From the NCBI RefSeq assembly GCF_009914755.1, contig NC_060928.1: a stretch of 64,000 nt of DNA, one strand, 5' to 3'. Of this stretch, positions 43,076 through 56,683 are shown piece after piece. The notes beneath the pieces are model-generated. The model made no database searches. It saw only the letters and a program-made list of their open reading frames with translations, and had not been told where the DNA came from. Position numbers and translations under genes: made by a program. The DNA is from the human T2T-CHM13v2.0 reference genome, Homo sapiens. Each line of letters begins with the position of its first letter. Position 1 is the stretch's first letter.

Positions 43076-43802
43076 GGCCTTTATAATTCAGTGTTTAATA
43101 TCTAATACCTAATTTCTGGGTTTACACAAAGAATTATAAGGCATGCTAAAAGGCAAGAAAAACAAAACACAGTTTAAAGAGACAAAGCAAGCATCAAAAC
43201 CGGATTTAGACATGACATTGATATCAGAATTTGCAGACAAAGAAATTAAAATACTTACGATAAATATGATGGGGGTAATGAAAAAGTAAAAGAACTTTAA
43301 AAAACAGATGTGTAATGTGAGCAAACAGATGGAAATGCTAAGAAATGAACAAAAGGAAATGTTAGAAATCAAAAACAAATCACTTTAACAGAAAGACAGA
43401 GTGTCTTTATTGGGCTCATAATGACAAAGCTGAGGGAAAAAAACAAAACAAAACAGTGAGCTTGAAGATTGGTCAATAAAAATTTCCCAAACTGAAATGC
43501 AAAAAGAAAAACAAACAATAAAAACAGAACACCAATACTCCAAGAACTTAAGAACAATTTCGAAATGTGAAAAATATGCATAATTGAAATACCAGTAGAA
43601 GAGAGAACAGAGTATAAAAATGTATTTTAAACAATAACAAACTAGAAATTTTCAATATTAATGATAGACAACAAACCAGAGTTAGCAGCTCAGGGAATAC
43701 CAAGCGTGATCAATAGCTTAAAATCTCCCCTAGTCATGTCATACCAAAACTACAGAAAACTAAAGAGAAAGGGAAAAATGAAAGAAACTAAGTTTAATTA
43801 GG

Positions 43803-44172
43803 TATATTAGTCCATTTTCATGCTGCTGATAAAGACATACTCAAGACTGGGCAATTTACAAAAGAAAGAGGTTTATTGGACTTACAGTTCTACATGGCTG
43901 GGGAGACCTCACAATTATGGCGGAAGGCAAGGAGGAGAGCATCACATCTTACATGGATGGCAGCAAGGAAAAAAAAAAGCATGTGCAGGGAAATTCCTGT
44001 TATAAAAACCATCAGATCTTATGAGACTCATTCACTATCACAAGAACAGCGCAGGAAAAACCTGTTGCCGTAATACAATCTCCCTCCACTGGGTCCCTCC
44101 CACAACACATGGGAATGGTGGGAGTTACAAGTCAAGATGAGATTTGGGTGGCGACACAGCCGAGCTATATCA
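43803..44172 (-). mobile_element. THE1B/C-like solo LTR
   Basis: tattagtccattttcatgctgctgataaagacata...gagatttgggtggcgacacagccgagctatatca; TSD ttagg/gtagg. Confidence 0.92.
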
Positions 44173-45929
44173 GTAGGGCTCTTTACATATAAGAATGTTA
44201 GAAATTACAGCAGTCTTATCATCTGAAATAATTCCAATTAGAAGAAAGAAAAGTGAAATAATTTAAGGGTAAGAGGAATCAAAATTATCATCTAAAATTT
44301 TATAGAGAGATAAATTTTCCTTCAAAACTTAAAAGATAAACAAGACTTCCTCAAACAAAAACCAACTGAATTCATTGACTGTAGAACTGCCCTTCAGGAA
44401 ATACTAAAAGATGTTCTTCAGGGAGAAAAAAAATAATACAAGTCAGAAACACAAATCTACTTAGAAAAGAACAGTAAGGGTATAATTGAAGATAGGATCA
44501 TTTATATTTCTTATCTGTAATCTAAAATAAAAGTTTAAAAAACTAATTATAATACCAATGTACAGGGCTGATTATAGAATATGCGTAAGGAGAGAGAAAT
44601 TAGGAACCTTTGGTTATAAGGCATTGGCACTATATTTGCAGTGCCATAGGGATATTTAAAGATAGACTTGGAATAATTATAAATGTGTATTGTAAGCTCT
44701 AGGGCAATCACTAAAACAGAAAAGAGGCAGAAAATCAATAAACAAAGGAAAAAATACAACAAAGAGAAAACATGGTAGATATTAATCCAACTATGTCTAT
44801 AAACATTTTAAATGTAAATAGACAAATTACACAATTATATAAAACAGAGATTGCCAAACTATATATAAGAAGACCCAACTCTTTGTTTTCTACGAGAAAT
44901 ACACGTTAAGTATAAAGATTTAGAGAAATTAACATAATGGAAAGGAGAAGGATATACTACCACTAATACAAGAAATCTGGAGTAGTCATAGTAATTTCAA
45001 ATGCAGCAGACTTAGAACTAGGCAAAGTATCAGGGATAAAGAGATGCATCAAACAATAGTAAAGCAGTCAGTTACCTGTAAGATAAAATGATCGTAAACA
45101 TGTATGAACCAAGCAACAGTGCATGAATATTGAACTGGTAGAACTGTAAGAGAAAATAAATGAATTCACTTTACAGTTGAAAACTTCAGCAGACTTTTTT
45201 TCAATAACTAAAGGGGCAAACAAGCAGAGTATCAGTAACAACGTAGTTGACCTGAACAGTACTATTTAGCAGCTGAGTTTAGTTTATATTTCTAGACTAC
45301 TCCATTCAACAAAAACAGACTATACAATCTCAACGTTAAATGGAACATTCACCAAGATAGACTACATTCTGTGTCTTAAGACATAAATTCAAAATTATGT
45401 AAATCTTACAAAGTATAATCTGACCAAATTAAAATTAAGGTACAAATTAATAAAAGATGGATAAGTGTAAAATTCCAAATATTTGGGGAGTAAAGTATTT
45501 TTCAAAAACATATGAGTCTGAAAATGTCTCAATAGAAACTGGAAAAAACAGTATTTTGGAGTAAATAAAATAAAAATGAAACTTATCAAAATGTGCACAA
45601 TATAGTGAAAATGATATGTAGTAGGAAATGAATATTGATAAATGGATATATTAGAAAAAAATTGCAAGATCAATAAAAGCTTGTACCTTAAGAAAGTAGA
45701 GAAAGGATGCATTTTAAACCTAAAGCAAATAGAAGAAAAGAAATAATGATAAGAAATAGAGTACAATAATAAAATTGAGAACAGGAAGATGAAAGAAAAA
45801 AAATTAACCCCTCAACCAGATTTGTTGAAAAGACACATTTATTTTAAAAAGTATAAAAATTCTTTAGGCATCTTAAAGAAAAATGTGAGAAGCCACAATT
45901 TACTAAGAATTAAGAGGGAAGAGAAAATA

Positions 45930-46920
45930 TTTTTCCTGTTTAAAATTTTCACTCTGGCTAACGTGAAGAGAATGGCTTGTAGAGTGGCAAGACTGGAAGT
46001 AGGAAGATAGATAAGAAGTTGATAGTCCTTGTGAGATATCAAAGTTGTTTGCGCCAAGATTTTAAAAGTAATAGAATGACAGGACATAACTCAGGCATTA
46101 CGAAATAGAAAATCACTTGATTACTTGGACATGATATTAGTCATGTTTCTCCAGAGAAACAGAATCCACAGGGAACATATAGAGAAAATAATTTGAAGTT
46201 GTTTCACCTTCTGTATGCAAGCTGGGGGCCCAGAAAAGCCAGACTTGGCATGAGAAGCAGGAAGCCTATCACAGAGGAACATAGGATGCATTGTTCCAGC
46301 TCAAATAGTAAGTCAGAAAAATAGAGACCAATACATCCTTCCTTTGCCTTTTGTTCTACTAAGGCCATCAAAAATTGGGTGATGCACACCCACATTGAGG
46401 AGGGCAATCTACTTTATTAAGTGCACTGAGTCAAATCCTAACTTTATCTGGAAACACACTCAAATACATACTCAGAAATAATGTTTAATGTGGGCTCCCC
46501 ATAGCCTAGTCAAGATGACATAAAAAATTAATCATTGCAGACATGTATGATAAAAAAATAAAATCAAGAATGCTTCATAGACTGACTGAGCAACTAGATA
46601 GATAGAAGTGTCATCAACTGAGGCTTGGAAATCAGGGGAAGAAGTAGAAAATTTATTTCAGATATATTCTGTTTTAGATTCTTTTTAGACAACTAATGGA
46701 ATACCAATTGGCCTCACAGGATTATTCGTTGATGGATGAAGTGAAGCTATAGATTTGAACTTAATATAGAGATGACATTTAAATTCATGGTACAAGACAC
46801 ATTAGGAGAGATCCAAAGGGAAAAATATTTAGAAGCTACAAGAGGGTTTTCCAAGACCAACCCTTCAGCATTCCAAAATATAGAGCATGAGCAAAAAATC
46901 ACCAGTCAGCAAAGAGACTT
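45930..46920 (-). mobile_element. L2 fragment interrupted by an MLT2 LTR
   Basis: L2 motifs cactctggct...gcaagactggaagtaggaaga; tgactgagcaactagatagatagaagtgtcatcaactgag. Confidence 0.65.
46133..46539 (-). mobile_element. MLT2B/C-like ERVL solo LTR
   Basis: tattagtcatgtttctccagagaaacagaa...cccacattgaggagggcaatct...gtcaagatgacataaaaaattaatcattgca; TSD gacat. Confidence 0.85.
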
Positions 46921-47703
46921 CTGAGAACCCTAAAAGTCAGTAACAACTGTTAATTTCTTACATCATTCATAATATACCCTTATATTTCATAGTTTTGCAA
47001 ATTTACTCTTAAATCTCTTTCTACCTAAAAAGACCTTTCCCACATTTTGCCCTGTAAAAATATTGATTATTCGATGCTAATAATATAGGTCAGTTCCTTC
47101 AAGCTAACATTAGTTTTGAATTCTCCTTCTCCTCATTGAAGAATATTTGATGTATATTTTTTCTGTATTTTAGTTTTAAAGTTTCATCAAATTTACTTTC
47201 ATTTCTTACTATTCCTCTTTGAAAACTTTGTCATAGTCTTTGCCTAGTACCAGACTCATGGCTCAGGCACTGTTACATAATACATACTTTGTAAATATTG
47301 CTTATTGAATTAATTATTATCCCTTTATTACCCTAGAGGGAGAAGCACACACATTGATAATAAAGTTTTATCTCTAAGATAGAATTAAATAGATATTAAA
47401 TATCTTTAAATGTATTTTCATAAAATGACTATTTTTATATAATGCAAAGCATATAGTTTTGCGTTTTAATCTAGACTGCAAATAAAAGTGGACATGCTTT
47501 TAATTCATTTGTTTGAAATCATAATTTGTCTTATTAAATAAATCATCTGCATAATCAGAAGAGAAATCACATTATTTGATCAACATATTAGTTTGACATT
47601 ATTCTTTGGAGGTGTTTACATTTTGTTATTTATAACACATATACGTAGTTCATTTTGGAGAGGGGAGAATGAGATTGTTGTGCTTCTGTATTTAATATAA
47701 AAG

Positions 47704-47809
47704 AAGGTAGATAAAGGGAAAAAAGGTACAAGGAGAAATTCAAATGTATAAAAGGATATAAATGTGTAAAGGTAGATAAAAGGAAAAAAGGTACAAGGAG
47801 AAATTCAAA
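47704..47809. repeat. 41-bp direct repeat with a 24-bp spacer
   Basis: 47704-47744 versus 47769-47809, one mismatch. Confidence 0.95.
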
Positions 47810-48433
47810 CTCAAATCAAATTCAGTATGTATGCTGATACTCAATTCTGATATTGATCCTGGGTTTACTATCAGTAATTAGGTTTATTCTTCATTCTGAT
47901 CAAGTCAATTAACTCTTTGCAGAAGTAAAAATATTTCTAATCAGAGGATGCAATTTCTACTGAAGCTAATCTGTGACATGGGAAAGTTTATTCATCTAAA
48001 ACTGTGTAACACACCTTTCTAACACACAATTTACAGCTTTTTTTCCCCTAAATAACTTCTCAACTCATCTCTTTCTGGCTTGTTGGCTGAGTTCTTATTT
48101 TATACTGAATATTTGTTTATATACATCAAGGAGAAAACAAAATGAGCTAAGAATGATGTGTTTTTTATCATTCTACTTTTAATTTTGCTATGAAGGAAAT
48201 ACCAAGTTGCTTACTCTTCTTTAGCTTATGAAGAGAAGTAAGCGCCATGGAAAATTACTGCATACCTACTAAAAACAATAAGCTACAAAAAAAGTTTTAT
48301 TTTGAAAGAGCAGAAAATAAAAAGAACAAGCTCAAAAATGTTAAATAGCAAAATGATGAATGGCAATGAATATGAAAAAAGTAGCAAATTTGAAAGAAAT
48401 TAAAACTTTGATCATTAAACTAAACATAAGATT

Positions 48434-48500
48434 TAGTTTTAAACTATCGTATATAGTTTTAAACTATCGTATATAGTTTTAAACTATCGTATATAGTTTT
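48434..48500. repeat. 20-bp tandem repeat (tagttttaaactatcgtata) x3.3
   Basis: Three identical units plus 7 bp. Confidence 0.97.
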
Positions 48501-50145
48501 CAATTAAATATAAATGCATATGTTTCAATAAAAATCTATAACACTTCTGGAAAGACCCTTCCAATAGCACTCAAACTTTAAAATTTAGTTTTAAATATAT
48601 TAGGATATTTGTGGTATATGAGCCATATGAAATGACAATTTTGAGTATGTATTGTATTTATGCGAAGTATAAGATAAAGCTGCCTTTCTCTGATGATAAA
48701 GTTTCCAGTAATGCCCTTACATTCCTATGGTATCTGGCATATATAGAATGGATATTACTTGTTCGATTATTTGTGAGGCATCATGATTTTTATCATCTGT
48801 TAATATATCTTTATCTGTTAGGGCTTATAAGCAAAATCATTAGAATCTTTGTAGCAGACAGTTTCTACGATGTCAATATGGAATGAAAGGAGAATGAGTT
48901 AACCCATGAAGGTAATTCTTTGGTTACTGCTGTGCACTTTTCTTAATTAGAGCCCATGTCATTATTATTGGTTTACTGAAATTATATATTATTTAAACTC
49001 ATTATATTTTTAAAGGATGTTCAATCTTATTAGCAATCTAACTTATTAGTTATTAAATTATGAAAACAAATATAATTAACCATTTCTTTTTCTCCTTGAG
49101 CTAATATTCTTACTCTGTATTCACTTTTAAGCCAGATTCAGTTTTTAAGACATCATCAGATCCTCTAATAAAGATTATAAGAGAGATGGGGAAGAAAAGT
49201 CACATCACAGACAACACAGAAGCTTTTTATAATCTCTTGTTCAAAGCTTCAGGTTTTGCCAGCTACCTGTCTTGTTTTTCCCCGCTTCTTTTCCTCCTAA
49301 AAGGATATGGACCTCTTTCAATTAACCACAGCGTTTTAGTTTAACTTACCCTTTCTTCAAAGCAAATGCCCTGCAGTTGACTAAGCATAGCATTTGAATA
49401 CCAATTCGACTGTTATTCAAGAATGCCTCATACTTGCAATTTTTTCTCATCTAGCTACCCCTCCACTACCTCCCTCATGCAAATTACCTAGGAGATTAAA
49501 ATCAAAAATGAATTCTAATGCAAAGTGAATAAAACATTTCATTTTTCTACATACTATATAAATAAATACAACAAATATTTATTGAGCACCTATTATGTGG
49601 CATGCACAATTCCAGGTATCAAATCGACAGTGGTAAAACTTACAAAGCGTTAAAGTCTATAAGAATAAAAAGCAATTAACCAAAATGGAAATATATTTGT
49701 GCCATAAAATCATAGTGATTTAATAATTAACAAAATATTACTTTCTGAGCAGCCAAAGAAAATTGAATCATAATATATTAGCTTGTACAAGAATATAAAT
49801 TTAACCCAATTCTATATAAAAAAAGAAAATATTATCTTTGCAAAGAAGTTTTTTAACAATTAGGTGCAAGAAATATCTTTCATGAGATGTAAAAGTAACC
49901 TTTTTGTCTTATTGGCAAATATGCAGTGATAGAAGGACACAAAGTTGTTCCTACGAAAGAAAAAACAAAGATATTATGAAAAATAGTATCTGGGAATAGT
50001 ATAGTAAGCTTTCTCTTCTATTGAAATGAAAACAAATTCTAATTATTGTGAACCACTTTGATGAAGGTTTTCTTCCTTTCTTTTCTGAAGACAATTCAAC
50101 AATGTAGGAGGTTGTCACAGTAAGAGATTAAGAAAAAACTGTGTG

Positions 50146-50480
<335 letters not shown>

Positions 50481-50669
50481 TCAATCTTTTGATAGCCTTT
50501 TTCTTATTAAGAAAGTCGATGAAAATAATTTGTTGGTTACTGGATAAATGGGTTCTGAGCAAGGTAATTTATTAACCCTTCTAGATTTCCTCTGTTACTA
50601 GAATGTTTTTAACGGTCATTTAAATAATTCATGCCACTCTGTATATTTCTGATATTTCCTTTTTTAATC

Positions 50670-51715
50670 AAAGAGAAGAGCAAAGCACCCGGTGGCCATC
50701 AAGCAGACCATCCAGAGGCAACACTCCTTATTTGAGAAATTGTCAGAGGCGTTCGGACCAGACTGACTCCATCTTGAGTGATGGCTAGGAAAATGAGGCT
50801 GGGACTTGCTGGGCTGCATTCCCAGAAAGTCAGGAACTCCTAGCCTCTGGATGTTTATGGTTAAGGGAAAAAATTAATAATGTTTACTAAACAAACCCAG
50901 ATTTGGGAGTGTCCAGATATCCTGATATCTGGAGAACAAAGACATTCCTAATATTGCTTTAAAGATAATAATATTGATTATTGAAAAATATAGTAAATAA
51001 TAAAATTAATCCTTTATCACAAACCCTTGTAACAAAGCACATCTCCCCATACATACAAGCATTGTACCTAGGGCGGATGTGTTCCTCGGACGGATGTGTT
51101 CCTCCGCTTACTCTCAGGAACGCCCTGCTCTGTCTATGGAGTAGCTGTTCTTTCACTACTTTACTTTCTTAATAAACTTGTTTTTACTTTGCACTGTGGA
51201 CTCACCCTGAATTCTTTCTTGCACAAGATCCAAAAACCTTCTCTTGGAGTCTGGATCTGGACCCCTTTCCTATAACAATTAGACTTTCCTATTCTCTAAA
51301 GCTGGCATCTAGTACCAGGCTTCTTTCCCAAACATTAATTAAGAGATACTAATAGGTAACTAGAATTTCTGTACATCTCTGGAATGCATGCATGTCGAAA
51401 TTCTTATGCAACTTTTGCTGACATCAAGACACCGAAATGTCTACAAATGTAATCATTTATCATCATCTACTTGACTAATATGGTCCAAATTACCCTTAAG
51501 CTCCCATTTTAAGGTCCATAAATATCCCTAAGGAAAAATCCATCCTTTTGTGCACAGTCCTCTCTTGCTGAAGTGCCCCACTGCACACTTCTGCACTGTT
51601 CTTTATGTCTAAATAAAACATACCTTTGTATAACTATACAGCTGTGGGTAAATTCTTCTTACTACCCACGAGCAAATTGCTTTCCATTGCTGGGGCTCTG
51701 ACACCTCGCCTGGCA
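50670..51715 (+). mobile_element. LTR47-like solo LTR split by a MER41-family LTR
   Basis: ccatcaagcagaccatccagaggcaacactccttat...|...attagactttcctatt; ends gacacctcgcctggca. Confidence 0.6.
50741..51277 (+). mobile_element. MER41-family (ERV1) solo LTR
   Basis: tgtcagaggcgttcggaccagactgactccatcttg...aataaacttg...ggatctggacccctttcctataaca. Confidence 0.85.
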
Positions 51716-51881
51716 GGCAATTTCCTGTATTAAAATATCAATATTTAAATGTAGGATAAAATTTATTTGAGACCATTGATTAATTTAAATTCTATAAATT
51801 GCAGAATTTTTAAACAAAATTAAAAATACAATATTACTTGTAGAAAATTACGAACATCATAACAATTCAGATATAAATGGA

Positions 51882-52010
51882 TTTTTTTTGAGACAGGGTC
51901 TTATTCTGTCATCTAGTCTAGAGTGCATTGATACAAATATGACTCACAGCAGCCTCGACCTCTCACACTTAAGCCATTTTCCTGCCTTAGCCTCCCGAGT
52001 AGCTACAAGC
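51882..52010 (-). mobile_element. AluJ/FRAM-like right-arm fragment
   Basis: ttttgagacagggtct...ctcacagcagcctcgacct...cctgccttagcctcccgagtagct. Confidence 0.8.
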
Positions 52011-52429
52011 CAATAGTAAAAAAATAAGATTCTGTACTAATACTTCCAGTTAACCATTGCAATTTTTACAATACAGTTTCTAAAGGGAAAAACAGATATT
52101 GTGTAAAAAAATCACAATGCAGAAATAGTTCCCATTAGATATTCTAGAGAAAACAGAAAACAAAAAAATACAGAATTTCAAGTTACACATTTAAATCTAG
52201 AAAATAAAGAATACAAACTAAATAAATGTCTTTTGTAATTTTCCTGGAATTATAATAAATTCCTTAAATTGATAATGTTTATAGAATGAAAGCACTTATT
52301 AAACAGCTTTCTCTTATATTTATAAAATTATTGAATTTATGTTTAGAATACATTGCAAGATAATTAAGAGTATTGATATATTTTATGTAGTATTTCTTTA
52401 CATAAGACCATACAGGTTTTCTTTTTACA

Positions 52430-52750
52430 TTTTTGGTCAAATTTTAATTTCAGCATAGTTTTAGATTTACTGAAAAATTATACATAAAGTACAGATTATC
52501 TTATATAACGAATAAAGTTTATCTTCTATAATGAATACCCAATTTCTCCTGTTGCTAATGTATTACTTCTGCATGGCAATGTCTCACAATTAATGAACAA
52601 ATATTGATACATTATTATTAATGAAAATTCATACTTTTTAACGATATTTTTTATTTTTTACTTAATGCCTTTGTGTTTGTTACAGATCCCATTCAGGATG
52701 TGACATTACATTTACTCATCACATCTCTTTAGATTCCTTTTGGTTTTGAC
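52430..52750 (-). mobile_element. L1MC/MD 3' end
   Basis: agttttagatttactgaaaaatt...aattaatgaacaaatattgatacattatt. Confidence 0.65.
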
Positions 52751-53588
52751 AAAAAACTTTGAAAATTATTATAGTAATTGACTTGAAGAAATTTCTAATG
52801 CAGAAATTGAAAAGGTAATTGGTTTATATCTATTGTGAAATGGGAAATTTAAGAAAAATATTAGAAGGTATATACTGTGAAATAACTACCTGAATAACAA
52901 TAACCAAAAATCCTTCAACACTTTTTATATTGCTGTCACCTGGAACGTAGAAATCAAGGAGTTTTATTTGTGCTTAATATACATTTAACATTACTTAAAA
53001 TCACGGTAGCAGATTTTTTTAGCTGTTTACCAAAAATTGGTGCCCACATCTCTCTGGGCACAGCCAAATCAGGTTTTGTAGCATATCAGAATAAGATGTA
53101 TCTTTGCAATAGTAGTTACTTCTTACGAACAAAAATAGGCAGGAACGGTGTGTGTTATTTCTTATCTAAACCTTTTAAGAAACTTTTTTTTCTTGCACAT
53201 GGTTGTGATGGAGATTTCCATGGTAACTATAGAAACCAAACATTAAAGAGGATTGCATTTCTATCAGCCTTTTTAACGGTAGAGAGCCACCCTACAATGA
53301 TTTAATATGCCAAGGATGGTTGGATTGAGGCAGAATATGTTGTTAGTCTAGCACAGCCCACTTTGATGAATAGACTTATTTAAGTTATATTATAAGCTTT
53401 TATTAAAGCACTTGAAAATTATAACTTCTAACTACAATAAAGGTTCACCTTTCTGGGTAGAGCTGAAAATAAAATGATTTAGAAAATTGAGTTTAGACCT
53501 AAAGTCAGAAAATCAAGTTTGAAATAAAGGCAAATAAATTATAGTGAAGATGAGGATATAATGATTAAACAGATATTTAATGTAGAAA

Positions 53589-54009
53589 TGATGCAGGATT
53601 TTTCCTTGACCTCTTTGTTGAACTAGCGATGAGTGCCTCTATACTCAGCCCACTACACTTAACCCCTCAAGGGAGGGAGCATGTGAGCAAACAAGTGACG
53701 GACCTGGCCAGCGGCTTTCGTGCCAGTAGGAGTAAACTCCATGCAGGCCCTGTAGCAGCATCCAGTCGGGGATGCCTGCAACCCCAAGGTCCCAGAGGGC
53801 AAGTTAAATGCTCTCTTAGGTCCAGTGTCTAAGCTGTGGACAGCAGTGTGTTGTCAGCTCAGTGAGCCCTTGGCCTCATTGTGTGGGGTGGCTGCCTTCT
53901 GCCAGCGAGAACAAAGGACCAGTGTGACACTTGGTAGGTCCTGAACCCTTGTCCAGTGCCCAAGAATAATGAGATCACGTGGACGAATTGAGGGATGGTG
54001 AATGCGGAT

Positions 54010-54048
<39 letters not shown>

Positions 54049-54752
54049 AGACGGAGTCTGGCTCTTGTCACCCAAGTTGGAGTGCAGTGCAGTGTCACGA
54101 TCTCGGCTGACTGCAATCTCTGCCTCCTGGGTTCATGATTCTCCTGCCTCAGTCTCACGAGTAGCTGGGATTACAGGCACAGGTCACCATGCCCGGCTAA
54201 TTTTTTGTATTTGTAGTAGAGACGGGGTTTCACCATGTTAGCCAGATGGTGTCGATATCCTGACCTCGTGGTCCACCCACCTCGGCCTCCCAAAGTGCTG
54301 GGATTACAGACGTGAGCCACCGCCCACAGTGATTGCGGAGAATTTTACTGAGTAATGAAAGGAGCTCTCAGTGTAGAGTGGAGCGGGAAAGGGAATGGGA
54401 AAGGCAGGCCACTCTCCCCTGAAGGCTAGTTGCCTCTCTGCCTTTCTCTTCTAAAGTCAAGTTGCCTCTCACTGACATCCAGCTGCCTCTTCGCTTCTAC
54501 TGGAAGAGTCTGGGGTCTTGATAGGCACAGAATGAGGGGTGGTGGAGGGCAAGCCATAGGTAGTTTTTGAAAAGGCAACATTTGATTGGTAAAAATACAT
54601 TATTCAGAAAGAACCAATAGGGAGAGAATGGATAAACAGGGATGGAAGTACTCACTTTGGACCACGGGTTTGAGGCTTTTAGCTTGAAGGTGGGGTTTTG
54701 CCATGGACCCACCCCTGTCTGCCTACAGTTTCTCTGCCTCCTTCCCCTATCA
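53589..54752 (-). mobile_element. ERV1 solo LTR (LTR27/LTR28/MER61-like) containing an Alu
   Basis: tgatgcaggattttt...tttctctgcctccttcccctatca; 4-bp TSD gaaa/gaag; subfamily uncertain. Confidence 0.75.
54012..54328 (-). mobile_element. Alu (AluSc/Y-like, diverged) with a pure T36 tail
   Basis: TSD gtgaatgcggataatttt / gtgattgcggagaatttt. Confidence 0.93.
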
Positions 54753-55499
54753 GAAGTATTTTTGAGTCACATGAGTGGCTAAGACTTGGTGTACTATAAG
54801 AATTATGAAAATTAATTTTATTATAATGGTAAAAAAGAGAGAAATCAGTGAAAATATGTTATATGTATTGATATCATGAAGAATTTAAATACCTGAGATA
54901 GGTACTTGGAGACATATCTAGTGATTTGGTAATAATTATGATTTTCTCTGTCTTAATTATACTTCATTTACCATTGCAAATATTTTAGTTAACTATTGTT
55001 ATGAACAAACCATCTCACATCTTAAATGCACAAAACAACCCTGATGTATTTCATTTTCTGATTGTGTGTATTTTTGTGTGTTTGGTGGAGGGGGGTGATT
55101 CTTCCGCAATCAATTGACATCCTAACTCTTCATCTAGTTTCTGAAAGATTCTCACAGGCATGTCCAGCAGTAGTGCGGATTTTCATGTGGAGAACTTTGG
55201 TTCTCCTTTAGTAGTTTAGACTAGTTCTCTTTCATTGGGAATTATGATGACTCAAAACAAAAGTCTACTGGAAAAAAACTGGAACCCAGAAGCCATATAA
55301 ATTTACTGAGGGCATCCATGCTCTCCCACTTTATATTTGTGTGAATTCTCTGATTATCAATTTCCCCATTTAAAAAGAATAGAAATAATAATTGTGTGCT
55401 TCCCACTAGGCCACTGCATAAGCAAATCACTGAACAGGTATGAATACACTAAACAAAGTAATTACTTACTTATTGCATTTTTATAATTTTAACTATATT

Positions 55500-56620
55500 A
55501 TTATTAGACTTCAGTGTAATATACTCCAATTACTGGGGTTACATCAAGGAAAAACAACACAAAACTAACATCCATTTCATGAAGTTTACATATCAGTGAT
55601 GAAAATAAACAAGGAACATGTAAATAGGCAGTATACCCTGAAGAACAAGTAAAATGTCGGAAAATAAGGTTGATTTGTTTCTGTTGGGTGAAGGTGTCTA
55701 TTTTATAGTGGGTGGTCAGGTAAGGTCTCACTCATTAGGTGACTTCAATTAGAAATCTGAAAGAACTAAAAAAGTAGATCTTATAAACATCTGGGGAAAT
55801 ATGTTCCAGAAAGATGAAAAAGCAGGTTGTAGAAAATTATATCAGCAAATTACAGCAGCTTTAGATGGTGTAGAACATCATAGGTCCTAATAAGACCTAT
55901 GACTTTTTTAATACATTGATAATAAAAGACATTATATAGTTGTAAACAGAAATGGGACATAATATGTCTTAAATTTTATGAGTTCTTCTGGTTATTTGAC
56001 AGAAAAGATGCCTGAGGAATAATCGTAGAAGTAGAATAACCAGATGGTAAGTCACTGCAATTTTTTGGCACAACATGACAATTATGTGGATCAGCATTAA
56101 AAAAAGAGAAGGTGGTAAGTGGAAGTAAGAATAGGGATATGTTTGAAGGTTTAACCTGAAGGATGTTTTGACAGAAAGGATGTGAGGTCAGAAAAAAGAG
56201 AGAGAGAGAGAGAGAGAATGTTAAGGATAACTGCAAGATTTTTAAATAAGTAATTGGAATGATAAGAACTGCCCCTTAAAGAGATGTGAAGAAAATTACA
56301 TTAGATTCGCTAAGGGAAAATGAATATATAAGTTGTATATATATACCCATTGAAGAATAAGACTTTCTAACTATTAAGCAGAGAAAGGAAAGATATCAGC
56401 TGAACTCCAGAATACTCAGTGGTTGGAGAGAGGAGGAGAAAAAATATATTAAAACAAGAAGAAACAGCCAATGAGGTAATGGAAGAACCATAGGTGAGTG
56501 ATAGCTCTGAAACAAAAGGAAGAAAGTTTATATATATATTCAATTGTTTCTTCCTACTTAAACATGTCAGATGTTTTATATATGGGTCTGTGTAGCATTT
56601 GGTTTGCTAACTCCTTAATA
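55500..56620 (-). mobile_element. L2 fragment
   Basis: gggtggtcaggtaaggtctcactcattaggtgact...aacatctggggaaatatgttccaga. Confidence 0.65.
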
Positions 56621-56683
56621 AAAGTATTTAATTATTATGCTATGATGAATATAGGTAAAATCTGCACAAAGATAAACTATGGC

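Larger units (their letters stand above)
39693..45850 (+). mobile_element. L1MC/L1M4-type 5'UTR-ORF1-ORF2(EN) segment with its 3' part missing; interrupted by the MSTA provirus and a THE1 LTR
   Basis: 5'-end motif cctcacaacaagtaaaagctgaacaaactga; ORF1-like 43130-44460; EN-like aaatgtaaatagac...gacccaact...ctacgagaaatacac from ~44810. Confidence 0.75.

Noticed and set aside
45395-45766. 123-aa Phe/Tyr-rich ORF
   Set aside because: Antisense of A-rich decayed L1 ORF2; compositional artefact
47704-48500. Repeat-spacer-repeat or palindromic repeats as a CRISPR-like array
   Set aside because: Only two 41-bp copies; the 20-mers have no spacers; eukaryotic context with no cas genes
53854-54158. 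Poly-lysine ORFs
   Set aside because: Translation of the Alu poly-A tail
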